From NCBI GenBank assembly GCA_051530055.1, contig CM121341.1:9774784-9838783 (forward strand): a stretch of 64,000 bases of DNA, in the 5' to 3' direction. Of this stretch, positions 61,330 to 64,000 are shown piece after piece (within the stretch, counting starts at the first letter, position 1; every line of letters begins with the position of its first letter). Position numbers and translations under genes: made by a program. A model generated the notes under the pieces. That model was not told the origin of the DNA. It saw only the letters and a list, made by a program, of their open reading frames with translations, and made no database searches. This DNA is from Neoechinorhynchus agilis (lineage: Eukaryota > Animalia > Acanthocephala).

Positions 61330-62645
61330 TATTACGTCTACCTTTTCTCCTCGTGAACGAGGATTAGTTCATTCACTCATATTTTTACTTACCTCCATGT
61401 CGATGTTTGTTGTGCGAGTAAAGTCCGAGGTGACTCCGGAATTTACGATCGCAATGGGCGCAAGGAATATCCGGTGAAGGTTTAGGCAATGAGTTCGCGA
61501 TAATTTTTCTTTTTTCTTTTCCTCGATGTTTGCTGCCCGTTTTCGCTCGAATGTCTTTACTCCTAAAGTGATCTTCTCTCTCCATTATACACGGTCTTCG
61601 GCCGCATCGTACAATGTTTCGATACTAAGATCGACTAGGTTAGAAAAATTTTTCAGTTGGTCCTTTAAGCGCTTTTTTTGAGCACCTCTTCGACTGCGGC
61701 CATTTTCGATTTCACCGAAGGGAATCTGCTTGGAAACGTTCCAGATCGTTTATAATTTTCCTGTAAAGAGTCCAGTTTTCGCAGCCGTAGAGAAGAGTGG
61801 TGAGAACAACTGCTGAATGCACATTTAGTTTGGTCGAGATTTTAGGTTCCGTTGTTTGAACACTCGCTTGTTTAGGCGACCGTAAGCAAGATGAGAGGCT
61901 CGAATTCTGTTTTGGATGTCAGGAGTCAGATCGTTGTTCTCGGTGATGATGCTTCCAAGGTAGCAAAATCTTTGAACTCTTTACACTGTTTGATTACAAA
62001 TACGAAGTTGTGTGTTAGGATCGTAACTGGAAGCACTTGCCTGAACCATGTATTTAGTTTTATCAACATTGATTGATAAACCACCAAGATTGTATGAGTA
62101 AGTGAAAGCGTTTGCGTTCGTTTGAAGAGCTTCTAAGGTAGTTGCTGGAGTTCCATTATCGTCAGCGTATTGCAGCTCCGACTCATTTGTGGACGCTGTC
62201 TTTGAAATCGATTTTAACCATCGAAGATTAAAAAGATCGCCATCACATTTGTATCTGATTTGTATTCCATTAACGTTTCGCATCTTTACATGGAATAGAA
62301 CGGCCGCCATATACATCGAGAATAAAGTTGGAGCTAACACACATCCTTGTTTGACTCCTGAGGAAATTGAGAAACTCGGTCAGCAAGATGACCCATACAC
62401 GACAATACCTCTGATGTCGTCATGAAATTTTTGGATTACATTGACGAATTTCTCCGGACATCCAAACTTTGACAGCACCGTCCATAATATTTGGCGCGGG
62501 ACCGAGTCGAAAGCCTTTCTCAGGTCGAAGAATGTCATCATCATTGATTTTTCGAATAGTTGGCGAGCACACAGAATCATCTCAGAAGTTTTTCGGCCTG
62601 GTCGGAATCCGTATTGAGATTCAGGGAGAATTTGTTCGCGGCGAA
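61330..62645 (-). mobile_element. RTE (BovB-like) LINE, 5'-truncated, with C-terminal C2H2 finger
   Basis: QYGFRPGR, FFDLRKAFDSVPR, GVKQGCVLAPTLF, QYADD, CAHCDRKFRSHLGLYSH; 3' stem-loop TCCTCGTTCACGAGGA. Confidence 0.9.
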
Positions 62646-63543
62646 AACTAAAAACTAAAGATTTTCTTTGTCATTACAACAGCCCTCTCCCAATTGTCCA
62701 TTTTTGAAAATCCGAAAGTTAATAATGCGGCACGAATATCAAGTAGTATTTCACAAGATAATTCCAGAATAAAGACTCGAAGGTCTAAAACGGATGTCAA
62801 TTTCTCAGAATATCGATTAAATTAATTAGCATTAGTCATGGGGAGTTGAAGATCCTGTGTTTTTTTGATAAATACATAGAAACCTAAGATTTGGTGGTAG
62901 TCTTAAATACCATCGATGAAATATCAACCTTCTTTTCACTCCCGATTGCCTCAAAACGATAACCAGGCGCAACCGCCGTATACTCTGATACCTGGGACTT
63001 TGGCAACGACATTCCATCTCTCCTCGAGACGGTCGATTTAAGCAGAAAAGACAAAACAGTACCACGGGATACTGTCTTCTTGGGACTTCACCTTCTCGAG
63101 CGCTAAGAACAACTTGTCCTTTTCATTTTCAAACGACCGCTGAAGTGGCCGATGCATCGATCCGTTGCTCTACATTTTAAAAACCTCTCTCGATTGAGAC
63201 AATTGGTGCCGTTCCCGCTAAGGAACTCTTAAAAATTGGCTTTTGGTGAAATTTTTGAACTACACCAACAAATAATTCGACGATTGCTTCAAATTATCGT
63301 TTGGGTGTGTGGCTATCGGGTAACATTTTGAGTGTATTTTGAATCCCTTAATGCCCATGAAAAATGCGGTTATAAGTTTTGTATTAATCCCCATCGAATT
63401 CTCAACTATAAATGGTTTGGCTATTTGTCGTGAACTCTTTAAAGAAATCAGATATAACTACGTCACGCCTGTGTAGAATTCTTCCAGATAAGTTCAACTG
63501 GCCCGTCTACCGACCGTCCCGCCACCTAATTTTCCAATTTCCA

Positions 63544-64000
63544 ATGATCCATCATAAACATGCCGAGTCTCGGGATCATCCAAAAGCAGGCGTTAGATTT
63601 GCTCCGGACGTTAAATCGGCTACTCACTCGATAGCAGTGGTGGACATTGGTAATGACAAATATAAGATAGATTTGGGAATTGTGAGCTGTGGTCATCATT
63701 TCCGTGTTCAATGTCCGGTACCTTTTGGAGTACCGAAGAAATGTGAGATTGTGAGACCAAACACCGGCGAACCGTGTGTTTGTGAAATTAGCGACGTTAA
63801 GGTCGTCGACGTTGAAGGAAATGAGTCACAAATCACCTTTTGCCTCAAAACCGATGAAAACTGTTCACTGATCAATCAGAAGATATTGATTCAAGAAGTG
63901 ACCGGAAAGGAAGAGAAGGTTGTCAGGGTCTTTGGGAAATGTATGCCAAAAGATGCCGGAACTCCTGCTCTCTTAGATGGAATCGTTCGATGTAACAGAA
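63544..64000 (+). CDS. C20orf27: C20orf27/ADISSP-like (UPF0687) protein, runs off the window end
   Basis: The frame is open from 63412 (alternative ATG) to the end and is absent from the ORF track. GVRFAPD..., KIDLGIV, GTPALLDGIVRC vs human GTPMLLDGVKC (recalled). Confidence 0.75.
   Translation, partial: MIHHKHAESRDHPKAGVRFAPDVKSATHSIAVVDIGNDKYKIDLGIVSCGHHFRVQCPVPFGVPKKCEIVRPNTGEPCVCEISDVKVVDVEGNESQITFCLKTDENCSLINQKILIQEVTGKEEKVVRVFGKCMPKDAGTPALLDGIVRCNR

Noticed and set aside
1-64000. tRNA, rRNA, snRNA or SL-RNA genes
   Set aside because: None recognised by eye; a covariance-model scan would be needed to exclude them.

Overview
Eukaryotic (invertebrate animal, possibly nematode; inference from the TRM112 sequence style and a TTTCAG acceptor before an ATG) genomic window. 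About 1-49.5 kb is a dense graveyard of decayed retroelements and local segmental duplications. It holds three divergent CRE-clade copies, L2/CR1-like, RTE, Penelope-like and Gypsy fragments, and an APE-RT LINE with a long unassigned C-terminal extension. Also embedded are a secreted Thr/Glu-rich mucin-like gene, an ATRX pseudogene fragment and a multi-copy decayed ORF of unknown identity. About 50-64 kb is gene-richer, with single-ORF genes: three paralogous 3-TM proteins, TRMT112, a ubiquitin-like protein and a C20orf27/ADISSP-like gene running off the end. Top finding: a frameshifted endogenous RdRp gene of a totivirus-like dsRNA virus at about 15.7-17.0 kb (minus strand), with three further partial copies and retroelements abutting it. 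Also notable is a family of short non-autonomous hammerhead-ribozyme elements. Coordinates of decayed elements are approximate (tens of bp). All homology calls are by eye against recalled family motifs; no database search was run.
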